64,000 nucleotides of DNA from Paecilomyces variotii (Eukaryota). Location: the NCBI GenBank assembly GCA_004022145.1, contig RCNU01000010.1; one strand, given 5' to 3'. Both the position numbers and the translations under genes were made by a program. Numbering within the stretch: position 1 is the stretch's first letter; the number at the start of each line of letters is the position of its first letter. Below are positions 50,432-61,830 of this stretch, in pieces. A model generated the notes under the pieces. It ran no database searches and was not told the origin of the DNA. It saw only the letters and a list, made by a program, of their open reading frames with translations.

Positions 50432-51470
50432 TCACTCACTCCAGCTCTTCAGCTTGGACACCTGGTGGGTGAAGACGCGACCGCGAGTGCGCTCCATCTG
50501 GTTGTACAGATCGCCGTCGATCGACTCGACCCTTCCTTCAGGGTCATCCCGGTACTTTCTAGGATTCTCGAACTCGCCCATGTTGACGGCAACTCTTCTG
50601 CGACCAAGGCGCTGGATCTTAGACTGGCGGATGCCATATCCACGGTTCCCTGGGCCCATAACATTACCCAGTCCAATTGTCCGGTTCTTGCGCATGCCAA
50701 AGTATAAACCAGCGATGACGAGAAGAACAGCACTCACACTGATTGGCAGACCGAGGATGAGTCCCAATTTATTGTACGGAGTCTGAGGCGGAGGCTTGTA
50801 ATGCTCTATGCGTCTATGCGTGAGCTGAACTCTTGGCCCCTGTCGATAACTCGCTCGCTGATTCGAAGTCGGTTCGTTTTCAATGATATACAACGTCAAA
50901 TTGTTTCGAGCCTTCCCTTGCAGCCATTCTTGACGCATCTTCAGAGGGATATATCCGTAGCTGTTCTCTGTTCTGTCCGACGTGAAGGCAGAATCGCCCT
51001 CCAGGGGAGTGCAATATCGCAGCTCGATCGTAATGGTTGCATTGACAGGATAATAATCAGGATTCCAAGTCACGTAGTATGTCGAGTCAACCGTAACATT
51101 GCTTCCGTCCTTGGGCAAGCAGAATGGCGAATATGGTTGATCAAACTCGGTACAGACGGGAAAGTCGCCAGCATATGGCCGCGGGTCTGTAATGGCGGCC
51201 GTATTGAACTTGGGCACGTCTGATGCCATAGCATCTGATGTCTCTAGAGTGGATACTGCAGACTCGGGGGCCACTGAATAGGTCAGAAAGAGAGGCTCAC
51301 AGCAACACTCCAACGAGACGCGTCATGTAACTAGACATGTAAAAGAACAATTACTCACAAGTTTCTCCTCCGTTGATTGCCTCGCTGGTTTCTATGGCAG
51401 TACTCAGGGCTACCATCACCCCATAAACTAAGATGACGGGCCACAACCCGCATAGCTCGACAAGCTGCAT
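50432..51470 (-). CDS. Single-pass membrane protein, Psg1/DUF4448-like, 2 exons (51470-51359, 51273-50432)
   Basis: Signal-peptide exon MQLVELCGLWPVILVYGVMVALSTA, then PFCLPKDG..VDSTYYVTWNP and a C-terminal TM followed by GYGIRQSKIQR. Confidence 0.7.
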
Positions 51471-52246
51471 GTTGCCTACCTAGAGTAGCCAGCCACCAGG
51501 TGCATGAAATACGATGGTTGCTGAGAGGTGTCGTTTTCAATTCGAGACAGGAGACTAGTTGGATAATCTTCTAGGCATAGTATCTAATACTAGACGCAGA
51601 CGGTGTGTCCGTCGTGGATGTCAAGAACATGCTGTAGTAAGCAGTCAACCACCAGCACTGTTTCTTGTTGGGGAAGGTGCTATCCCCGAGAGGACAACCC
51701 GGTCAGGTGCAATCGGTAAAATCTCGAGGATCGATGTTTTCTGCCTTGGTCTGGGAACGAATCTGTATACGTATGGAAGCGGTGCATGGAAGGTCACCGG
51801 AAGGCTACTGTCTTGCAACAGAACCTATTAGGTCACTAGGATCTAGATCCTTTTGTAGGTGTATTTAAAAGATAAATATGAAGCCAACTCCCTACTTAGA
51901 TCGAGGGTCAAGCCAGCAACTACCTATTCCCCCTAGCTACCTCAGTTCAATATGCTCAACACTTCCGTGCCATATGGTTTGACAGGTATTCCAGATAAAG
52001 TTGGTATGAAACGGCCATGGCTAGAAATTCTTCCTCAGATCTTGAAATTGTACATGATGTGCTAGCAGCTAACCGGTTTCAACCTGCATATAGAGATGCA
52101 TTTCTCTTTTGGCCGCCTTAACTAGCCGGAACGCTGTTCTCCCCTGGGTTTCTCCATTATGTGCAACGATACTTCTATCTGAAAAGCCATATTGCCCCTT
52201 GAAAACTCGTGAAAAAAGTCGTAAACATAAGCCGGGCCCATAAGGC

Positions 52247-53350
52247 TTACAACTCCATCTCCTCCTCAGACATCCCGCTGCTGCTGCCGAACTGAATCTT
52301 CCAGTATTTTTGCTCGCCAGATGAGGCATCGACGACCCGATTCACTTTCTTTACCGATGTTCGGGGGGAGAGCGCGCTGGCACATTTGGTTATGCGGACG
52401 AGATGCGTCCATATCTTGTTTCTTGCGGAGGGGTTTACACCCCATTCCTGGCAATGCCAGAAGGAGTACTATAAATAAATAAAAAACTTAGATAAGAATT
52501 ATTGTATCACAGAATAGTCATAGGAGCTCTTACTTTATCGTCGTTGTCAATACGCAAGAAGCTGAACATCTCACCATCCGTTACACAGCCGTAGATAATG
52601 CTGTTGATGTGGTTCTCTTTCTTGCGAATTTTGTGGACCATTGCTATGAAGTATGGTTAATTGATGTTCAATAGGGTGTGACTAGCTAACTTACCCATAT
52701 AGGCCAGGCATTGTCCCAAACCAGTGCCGTGGTTACACCTATCCTTGGCCTCGCAAATCACAAGGTTCGTATCCAGCCCGTGATCCCCATACCACATAGT
52801 GTAGTCTGACCTGCCGTTGAGAATGACAGCTTGTCCCTTATGGACGATTTCGCATTCAAGGTGGGTCTCAGCTGTGAGAGTTACAGGCTTCTCCGTTCTC
52901 TCTGGATGTCTCATAGCAACATTCTTCTGTTCGACCCGGACACAGGCTTGGAGTATAATGTCTAACTTCCAGCGAACTGTAGCTTCATTTGTCGGGTCGT
53001 GCCCCAAAGCCTGCTCCATATCGTAGATTCTCGATACTAAAAAGAAAGAAAAGGTCAGAACTCAGAAAAGAAAACGGCATTCAGAAAATTCAAGACTTAC
53101 GAACGGTCTCTGGCACTGGTATGATATCTTTTTCCTCCGGTCCCCAAATTTCCTCCAATCTATCGTCACGTTTGAGGCCGAACGCATCTCTCACTTCTGA
53201 GAGCCTTAAGCTGCTGGCCGCCAATACAGGCAGTTTGTCCATTTCACGCAAGACATAATCTACATCCTCTGGTGCAGCTTGCTTCCCTTCCTTCAGCCCA
53301 CGAAGTAGTGATTTGGCTTTTTGGACCCAACGAAGCTTGTTTAGAGGCAT
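52247..53350 (-). CDS. Hypothetical protein with a PD-(D/E)XK restriction-endonuclease-like fold, 4 exons
   Basis: Three GT-AG introns splice in frame. Motifs: NEATVRWKLD, E...LNGRSDY, VICEAK, GLGQCLAYM and IYGCVTDGEMFSFLRID. Confidence 0.7.
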
Positions 53351-53469
53351 ATCGTGCAGAGATCAAGGGAAGTATAGGACACAGAAGATAAAGAGTAAGC
53401 GAACAGGGCAGAAAAATGAGCTTGTAGAGGGGAAATTTCAAGCTTGGCGGAAGTAGAGAATTGATTTAG

Positions 53470-53857
53470 TCAGAGAGAAGCGAGCTCAGCAAGCGGGGAG
53501 AAAGTGAGCTGAAGGAAAGACAGGAGGGAAGTCAGCTTGACGGAAGAGAAGAGAAGAGAAGAAACGAAGTGGGATGGAGCAGATGAAGTCGAGCTGAGAA
53601 GAATTTAATCAGAAAGAATCGAGCTCAACAAGCGGGGAGAAAGTGAGCTAGAGGAAAGACAGGAGGGAAGTCAGCTTGACGGAAGATAAGAGAAGAGAAG
53701 AGACGAAGTGAGATGGAGACAGATGAAATCGAGCTGAGAAAAATGTAATCAGAGAGAAGCGAGCTCAGCAAGCGGGGAGAAGTGAGCTAAAGCAAAGACA
53801 GGACAGAAGAGAAGAGTCGAAGTGAGATGAAGAAAGATGAGGTCGAGCTGAGAAAAA
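53470..53857. repeat. Purine-rich tandem repeat with a unit of about 139-140 bp (two full copies plus an internally deleted third)
   Basis: TCAGARAGAAKCGAGCTCARCAAGCGGGGAGAA recurs at about 53470, 53609 and 53749, and the downstream blocks are shared between copies. Confidence 0.88.
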
Positions 53858-54417
53858 GCAGTCCTTCAGGGCTCCTGGATCTATCTATCCATCCATCCAT
53901 TTGTCTGCCTGTTACTACTTTAGTACTAGTACGACTAGTACGCCTAAAGCATCTGCCTGGAGAAAAGGCATCAGTGCATATATGCAAGTGCTCAAGTATG
54001 CCTGCTTTAACTATGGATCAGCAATATATTTTGCATGGTTATAGTTGCTCTAAGTAACCTAAAACATGATACAGATGATAGGATACATAGAATGCTATAC
54101 GGACCTTCTCTTCGATGCATTATGTACCCTACCCTACCCCACGAACTAGAGCGGTATGGCAGCATGGACTCCTACAGGTTTAGTGTCCTAAGTATATAAC
54201 TTCAGACTCGGGGGGTGTTTCAAGGACATTTATTATCTATCTAAACTACCTAGATAAGATATAAGGACTTAAGACCAAATATCAGGATAATGCTTGATAA
54301 AAGATAACTATAGCATGACTAGTAATATGTCTGCCATGGCTTATGCCCATAGCTGAGCGCAGTCCATTTCTATCGATCTTGACCAGGTCAGATATGTGAG
54401 TTGTGAAATAGCGTAAC

Positions 54418-54424
54418 TATATAA
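54418..54424 (+). promoter_or_regulatory. TATA element of the 5S rRNA gene
   Basis: TATATAA at -30 to -24 relative to the 5S start, the position known for dispersed 5S genes of filamentous ascomycetes. Confidence 0.6.
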
Positions 54425-54447
54425 CGTCCCTAAGGGTAATTTCTAGC

Positions 54448-54566
54448 ACATACGACCATAGGGTGTGGAAAACAGGGCTTCCCGTCCGCTCAGCCGTACT
54501 TAAGCCACACGCCGGCAGGTTAGTAGTTGGGTGGGTGACCACCAGCGAATCCCTGCTGTTGTATGT
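54448..54566 (+). rRNA. 5S: Dispersed 5S rRNA gene
   Basis: ACATACGACCATAGGGTGTGGAAAACAGGGCTTCCCGTCCGCTCAGCCGTACTTAAGCC...TGTTGTATGT, 119 nt, with pairing ends and an oligo-T terminator immediately after. Confidence 0.98.
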
Positions 54567-55000
54567 TTTTCTTTTTTTTTAATCTGAAATCTATTTTGCC
54601 TCTCCCAATTCTTGTCGTTAGCCATTGTTGCTGCCTTGATTTCCCGTTGAAATTTCAAAGTGATAGAGGGCTTGTCAACAATTGACTGTGTGCAATATGT
54701 GGCTTCTCCGCTATCTTGAAGATAACTTAACTGGTCTGCCCTTCTAGTTGATTATCCGTGTCGAGATTGCTGACCGGAGCTTTGGTTGCTTCCTAGTGGC
54801 TGGAATGAATTGTATATAGTAGAGGGTAACAGAGACGGTTATCATGCATGCTATGTTGTAAAATTGGGACTCGTGCAAGGAATATGTTCCATATATTGGC
54901 TTCAACTGGATGTTTTCCTATAACCAACCTGGACCGTGGTATATGATTCGTATAGTTAAATAAAGTAAATTGCAGCAATATATGCCTCGCATGCTGTTCA

Positions 55001-56560
55001 TCATGAAGCGTTGACGGCAACACCGCCATCCACACTGTTCGTATCCTCGTCCGCGGACGTATGTATGGCATTACGTGGACCGTGAAAACCAAGACTTCTT
55101 TCCGCAATGACCTTATAAGCTTGACTGAGCCGCTCGGCATTTGGATCGCCATTGCTTGCGTCCAGCTTCTTCGCGCCCATTTCGCAGATGCAGACCTTGT
55201 CGATTGGGATGTCTCGGGCCCAAAGGAAAGGGATCTTTGTGCTATCATCTGCTCCGGGTCGTTTGTTTTGCATTTGCTTCTGTTTCTTCTCCGGTGGCCT
55301 GTTTCCCTCGTCTTTACCTCCCTCAGCATCAGAATTGCTCTCTGCGGATAATTGATCCTCGGAGATACCGGTAGCGATTATTGTTGAACGAGGCTGCGTT
55401 CTGTCTGTATCAATATAATAGTCTCGGTAATGCGCGAGGATGTCTCGCGCATCGAAGGTATAAGTGCCGTTTTTGGGTCCACCGTCGCGACGACGTCCGC
55501 GTCCGGCATAGATTGTATTTACGATGGTAGCGTGGAGGAGAAGTGGTCTTGCTTTTGGCTTCTTTTCCTTCAGTTTAATTTTAGAGCTGGAGGGACCGGA
55601 TGTTGGGTCTTCTGCGATTCCTGTCGGAACCTCCTCTAGAAGTGATTGCTGGAGTGTTGCTTCAGCTTCTGGGCGGGAGCTAGATTCCACCTGCTGCAAA
55701 CCCTCACTGTTTCCTTCGGCCTTCTGCGATCCCTGATTTTCTGATGCTGCTGGCTTTTTGTATTCTCCCTCTAGGAAACCAGCCTCTAGGAATTTCTCGC
55801 GCAACAGCACGCTGAAGGGATAGAGACGAGATGTAGGGTCCACCGGGGCCGCATACAAAACAGTAGCAGAGCGGGCACGTGGGAGTGCATGCATAGATTC
55901 AAGAGACACAATCAAAGGTTCAGGCGAATCAGGAGTCACAGGACGGACGAGATCTGTACCAGTAGCCAATTGCTCAGATGCCGTAGGGAGGAGACCTTCC
56001 CGCGCCTCAGCCGTCGCTGGCGGCTCCGAATCAACAAAGTCTGGATTCAATGGCGTCTCCAATAAAGCTCTAGCTCGATTCTGCATTGACTTCGCGCGAG
56101 CTTCTGCCTCTCGCGCAATCGAAACCAGATCCAAAGACTGCAGCAGGTTGATCGCTTCGTCCAGGCGCTCTTTGGTCGGCAGACTCATTACTCCCAGCGT
56201 CAGATGGAGCGTCCCAACTGGCCTGACAGCTCCATCAGGAATAAGCGGCGGAGTGGGTTTCAGAGGATGGTCGTTTTCTGTCCGGAGACGAGACGGAATT
56301 GCTGCCTTGAATGTGGCAATGGACGATTCCAGTTGAGGCAGAGAAACATCATTGACGAGAGGGAAGCAGAGGAAATGCGTCAACGGTGGCTTCTTTTCTC
56401 TTTTCTGGTTGTGATTGTTATTCCTGAGATTCCTAGCCCTGTGAGGAGGACCAGGCTGGTCTCTAGGTTCTGACATGCCCGAGAAGCGATAGGATGCGGA
56501 GGATAAGGATGAAAAATCTGAACGGAATATCACAGGCCCAAGAGGCCTGGTTCGTAGCAT
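55001..56560 (-). CDS. 2H phosphoesterase (AKAP7/ASCC1-like) protein; in-frame ATGs at 56560 and 56476
   Basis: LTHFLCFPL plus two HxT motifs (TLHLTLGVM and LLHATIVNT), and VCICEMG. Confidence 0.82.
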   Translation of the reverse strand: MLRTRPLGPVIFRSDFSSLSSASYRFSGMSEPRDQPGPPHRARNLRNNNHNQKREKKPPLTHFLCFPLVNDVSLPQLESSIATFKAAIPSRLRTENDHPLKPTPPLIPDGAVRPVGTLHLTLGVMSLPTKERLDEAINLLQSLDLVSIAREAEARAKSMQNRARALLETPLNPDFVDSEPPATAEAREGLLPTASEQLATGTDLVRPVTPDSPEPLIVSLESMHALPRARSATVLYAAPVDPTSRLYPFSVLLREKFLEAGFLEGEYKKPAASENQGSQKAEGNSEGLQQVESSSRPEAEATLQQSLLEEVPTGIAEDPTSGPSSSKIKLKEKKPKARPLLLHATIVNTIYAGRGRRRDGGPKNGTYTFDARDILAHYRDYYIDTDRTQPRSTIIATGISEDQLSAESNSDAEGGKDEGNRPPEKKQKQMQNKRPGADDSTKIPFLWARDIPIDKVCICEMGAKKLDASNGDPNAERLSQAYKVIAERSLGFHGPRNAIHTSADEDTNSVDGGVAVNAS

Positions 56561-57064
56561 GGGAACTGAATATGGGGGACGTTGTATTTCAATCTGATCA
56601 AAATCCCCCAAGCTGACAGGCTAAGTATACTGCCTCAGCTGGTGCCGTCATAGCATTTGCGCGAAAGAAGCACTAACGAAGTAGTGGCGAAGCTCAGTCT
56701 AGAGCTTGTAGCTGGTGTGGAAGCAAAGAATCCTGGGAGTCTGTTGGTTAATCCGTAAGAGTCGAACGTATAACAAATAACAAAATATAAATAACTAGAT
56801 AACACAAGCAGTAAGCACAGGGTAATTAGTTCGAATGGGCAAATAGGAGTGGCGGTTAAGGAGCTGACGGGGAGAACCTTGGGAAGCAGCAGAAGCTCCG
56901 GAGAATCCATGATGTGATGCCATCTCCGCGTTTCCTTCCAACAAAAACCGCTCTGCTTGATTCCTCATCAACTCAATCCAAACCCACACTCTTCTTCTAG
57001 CTTCACAATCCTCCATCTCTGGCGTCCATCTGAATTTGTACAGTACATACATACATAGCTCACC

Positions 57065-57865
57065 ATGTTTTCTCGAACTCCTCGCGCTCTCGTCTCTGCT
57101 CGACCATCCTTCCGTCTTGCCCGGGTGTCGCAGACCTCAACCCCGGCTGCCGTCCAGCGGTTCCAGACCAGAAACCGTGCAGTCCTCTCGTCCAGCGAGG
57201 CCTACAGCTCGCGATCTTTCCATTCCTCGTCGGTCGCCTTCAAGGGCATCACCCCAGACTCCTCGGACCCCGCTCCTCCCAAGTCTCAGACCATCTCCGC
57301 CGACGAGCCCAGCTATGTGACGGAACCTTCACCGCTCACGGACCAGGAGTATCGCGAATGCTCGGAGCACTACTTCAATGTACTTCTTTCAGAGCTCGAG
57401 AAGGCGCAGGAGGAGGGTTCCGATATGGAGGCTGAGTATGCGGTATGTTGAGCAGAGCTTTCTTTTCTATGCGAGGACAGTATTGAAGAGAATCAGCCCT
57501 GATGGAATGATTTTCCCCATCGAGCTTGAGGAGCCCTTCAGAATAATCTGCCGTCTCTTATGTCGAATGCTAACTGCTGCCATTCTTAGGCTGGCGTCCT
57601 AAACGTCATCGTTCCCAGCGCTGGAACCTACGTCCTGAACAAGCAACCGCCGAACAAGCAGATTTGGCTCAGCTCACCCATCTCCGGCCCCAGACGCTAT
57701 GACTGGGTTGTTGTGGGGGACAGGATGCATGAGAAGCAGGATACACGGGGTCAGCTCAATGGCCAGTGGATCTGTCTGCGTGACGGCTCGAACTTGACCG
57801 ACCTGTTGAACAAGGAATTGACATTGAGCATTCCCAAGATCATCTACGACGAGGACTCTTCGTGA
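57065..57865 (+). CDS. YFH1: Frataxin, 2 exons (57065-57442, 57590-57865)
   Basis: Mitochondrial presequence, then [36 protein letters not shown]. Confidence 0.96.
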
Positions 57866-58571
57866 GGCAGAAGTTGAATGTCGGACCAGCAATTCTACAG
57901 AGAGAAGATATGATAGAATAACCAGTGTTAGGAGTAATCACAGTGGCGGATATTAACCTGTACAGAGAGCTATTCTATGGGCAGGTAATATGCCAGAGCT
58001 TCTGCTTTGAACGTGTAATATGGATACACAGAATACGAATCCAAAGTCCAGTTGATAGTGTCCCATGATGCCAGAATAAAGCCTCTTCGCCATGAGCCTG
58101 GATACATCCTCTTCCCCATGAGAAGCGCATCGTCTCAATCCAACCTTGGCTATGCCCCGTACCTTGCCAGCTCCGCCGACCCAGCCTACCGTATACCTCA
58201 GTCAAGCAGAAGCTGCAGGAGTATATCGTAGCCAAGATGCGCCAATACAAGGCTGTAGGCCGGTCGTGTCTCTGCCGGCACTCACGACAGCGGCGCGTGT
58301 CGCGCTGGGACGGGCGCGGGAGCCGGAGGCCTCAAGGACAAAAGCGGGATGCTGTCAGAGTTTCCAAACCAGGCCGTAACTCGAGTGCTGTCCTTAAGTA
58401 TGCGGCGGTCTGTCCGTGGCCAATCTCTCCTCTCCGCGAGGAGACAGAGCCGGTCTCGCCCAAGCCCCCGCAATAATTGCCGGATGACATATCACATCTC
58501 ATATATCCTCTCCCTTATTTCCCTCGGAAGAGAAAAAGAAACCATAACCAAAACCAAAAGCAACACGCTAA

Positions 58572-58916
58572 CTACGCCTGCACCGCAACACCCTCAGCCG
58601 GCTTCATATCCTCATCCTTCGGTAGATCAGACTAACAAACACAACACCACATCGTCAGCAAAAGAGAGTACAAAAACACAAACCCAAATCCAAAGATGGG
58701 GGGGCAAAAGTTCAAACTCACCACCTCAAAAATCACCCTCACCATCAAACTACAACTCGGACACACCGCAATATCCTCTCCATCGCGCAGATCCGCAATC
58801 GCAATCTCGAACCGATCGCCACATGGACACGGGTAATGATATATCTGGAGGTTCGGGTCGAAAGTCATATCTTCGATCTCGACTTCGTCGTAGATGGAGA
58901 GAGATTCGTCGGCCAT
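58572..58916 (-). CDS. DPH3: Diphthamide biosynthesis protein Dph3/Kti11 (CSL zinc finger), 2 exons
   Basis: [27 protein letters not shown]; the second exon encodes [19 protein letters not shown]. Confidence 0.95.
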
Positions 58917-59527
58917 GGTTGAGGACTATCGGATCGGTGTGCGCGTAGATACGTATGTAGAGTAGAGTAGAGTAGAGGAGAAGTATTGATTTCAAACTGT
59001 CGTTGATGTATGTATCTTTAGTGGATCAGTTGTCCGGGTATTTGGATATCGTAAAGTAGTCGTGAAAATGACACAGTCGGGGTTTTTTTTTTTCTTCGCG
59101 CAGGAAAAAAGTGCCAGTGGCGGACCAGAGATTCTTGAATCTTCACCAACTGAAAGAAGCTTTTTTTGACTTTCGCCGCGGCGGGCGGTTTTTTGAGGAT
59201 TGTCACGTGATTGCGGGGGTTGTTGTATGCGCGGAATTCGAAGTAGTTATGTTGTTTTGACTATGTTTAATATTTGGATAGTGGGATTTGAATGAATGAG
59301 GATGAGTTGCTTTTTCCCTTTCTTTGAAATGAAATGCGTTCTCTTTACGTTCCCAGCGAAGTATCATAGTCCATACTGGATATCCTATTAGTAAAATATC
59401 TATAGATCTATACAGGCGACAATTACAATCTACCGCAGAATCCATATTCACAGGGGTATCAAACAGTCGAAAAAAAAAAGAAAAAGAAAAAGAAAGCCGC
59501 CACGCAAAATCAACATAATCCACCATC

Positions 59528-60921
59528 CTATCCTCCCAACCGCTTGACTTCCATCTTGACAGCTTCCATCTCCTTGAGCAGTGCTCCGTACCGCCGGGCG
59601 ATTTCAGCCATAGTTCCCGCGCCGGCATTGTTTTCTTGAGCAGAACCTGTTCCTTCGTAGGATTCGAGTTCTTTGATTAGAGATTTTTCCTTCTCCTCCA
59701 ATCTTCTGCGTGTGTCTTGGAGATGGTCGCGGTAGTTAGTCAGCGCGGCGAGCGCGTCGGGCGTGTAGATGGCTGAGAGTGTTTCTAGTTTCATGACTCT
59801 GGAATATCGCGGGTTGCATGTTAGTAATTTGCAGAAATGAGTCCAGAGTTGAATCAATAGAAAAGAAATAAAAAATAAGAGAATTCTCGACAATCCACAT
59901 ACCGAACTTTACCCTCCACCGCCTCAGCAACCGTCGCCAAATGCTCCGCCTTCGACTTAGACGCTCTCGCTAATGCCCCATGTTTCGTCCGCTCCAGCAA
60001 CTCTACCGTTCGTTCCATGATCTCTCCCCGCACCGCAAATACCGCCGCTGCCGTAGCTGCCATCTTTCTCCTAGCCGCTGGAAGCTCGGCCAGTTGAAGG
60101 GCTCGCAGAGCAGCCATCCGTGCAGAAACCTGCGAAGACACCGTAACCTGCGGTGTCATCCTGGCGCTACTCTGGCGCGGACGGGCGCGAAGACGAGACT
60201 GATTCGCAAGAGAAGGAATATGTGAAGAAATCGGTGCCTGTTGAGAGGCCTCTGCTCCTGCTTCTGCGATGGCTCGGAGAGTGTCTAGGTTCGAAGAGAA
60301 GAGCTTCGAGAGAGCACGCGCGATGCTCTCGGCGTTGTAGTGGAATGTTTCGAAATCTGGTGATAGGAGAGAAAGCATGTCCTCTCCGTCGCGGATATCT
60401 CGTGTGGATTCTTCTGGAGGTATGGGGGACTGGAGATAGAGGGCTATGATGGCGATGAGATCACGGAGCTGTTGTTCAGATTATTTCAGTCAGCAAGTCG
60501 TTTCCAGAAGCACAATTGTTTCCCAATACACAATAGATCCAAGTAAATAAATAACAAAAAACCAACCTCATCCGGTAAAACACTTCTCAAATCCAGCGCA
60601 ACCCTCTCCAGCGCCCGTTTCTTAATCTGCCTCTTCGCATTCCGAATCTGCAACTCCCTCAATTCCTACATTTTCATAGAAATCTCACTCGTCAGAAACC
60701 GTTTCCATTGCGCCTATACATTGGCTTTTGCTTTCCACGATCCACGGGTCGCATGTGCATTGTTCGGGACAACTTACATTCTGAACGGCCTTGCGCGCCG
60801 GGTGGGCGTCATTGGCGCGCGTGGAGCCATCAGGGTTTAGTAACTCGGTGGTTAGATGCTGGTAGAGCTTTTTGAATTGAGGATTGTTTTCGAGAATTGC
60901 TGGATCGCATGGTGGGATCAT
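59528..60921 (-). CDS. Coiled-coil protein, possibly augmin/HAUS4-like (multi-exon)
   Basis: MIPPCDPAILENNPQFKKLYQHLTT, LERTKHGA..KAEHLA and IYTPDALAALTNYRDHL..IARRYG, linked by GT-AG introns. The family assignment is from recalled resemblance only. Confidence 0.6.
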
Positions 60922-61830
60922 GTTGGAGCTGGGAATAGCCTGGGATTGTTGCTCACATTTACCCGGAGTCGCGAAGGCGTGCGGAGAACCTTAAGATCTA
61001 CTGTAGCTTAGAAGAACGGCTCCCGGTGGGGACAATCGGAGCGATGTTAAGCGACGCCAACAACGCCTACTAGCGGATTTCACAATATTCTAACGCCATC
61101 TTCCTCATGGCACATGTCCGGCAGACCATGTTGACCACAACTACGAAAGAACTGCTGTATCGAGATATTTCATTATACATTACAGAAGAACCAATGTGCA
61201 TCTCGCTGCAGTTTTCACATTTTCACGTTTCATATTCATACAGGACATCTGGTATTCTCCTCGACCGCCTCTCAATCACAGCCACATAAAAGTCGAGAAG
61301 AATTTTCGCTCGAGACCTTCCCCTCCACACCTGCATGCAGAGAAGACGAGACCGCCAGTCAAAGTGACTGAATGGAAGCACGAGAGCACGACGTTGCTCA
61401 TCGAACCAGGACATGCCGCTAGAAAAAAAAAAAAAAAAAAAAACAAGCAAAACACGACGTGAAAGACCAACCAGAGGATGCCAAACCAACAATCAGGCTA
61501 GCCATAGGTCTCATCTAATCGTCACGAGAAAACGAGAAAAAGCTTGCATGAAGTGAAGACCGGTAGGAATAGCAAGTATGTACAGGGACAAACGGAAGGC
61601 GGATACGGGTGTCATATGACAAACCATGAGGTTGTCCCGAGTGCGCTGCCGACCGAGCGAGGCCTGAAGCTAGTGCCAGAAATTATGTTGATTGATTAGA
61701 GCTGATTGCCCCCCAGACACAGTCAGGAAGCCATGGACGAGGAGGTTTGACGAAAGGCACGATCCGAAGAAAGATTCATCCGAAATATTAATATTGAGAG
61801 AAGAAGCAATGATGCTGGCAGATGCTGCGT

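Noticed and set aside
53470-53857. CRISPR-like array
   Set aside because: Eukaryotic context and whole-unit tandem duplication with no unique spacers.
54412-54440. CGTAACTATATAACGTCCCTAAGGGTAA resembles the I-CeuI/LSU rRNA site CGTAACTATAACGGTCCTAAGGTAG
   Set aside because: The match needs several indels and mismatches, there is no flanking rRNA similarity, and the core is explained by the 5S TATA box. Treated as coincidence.
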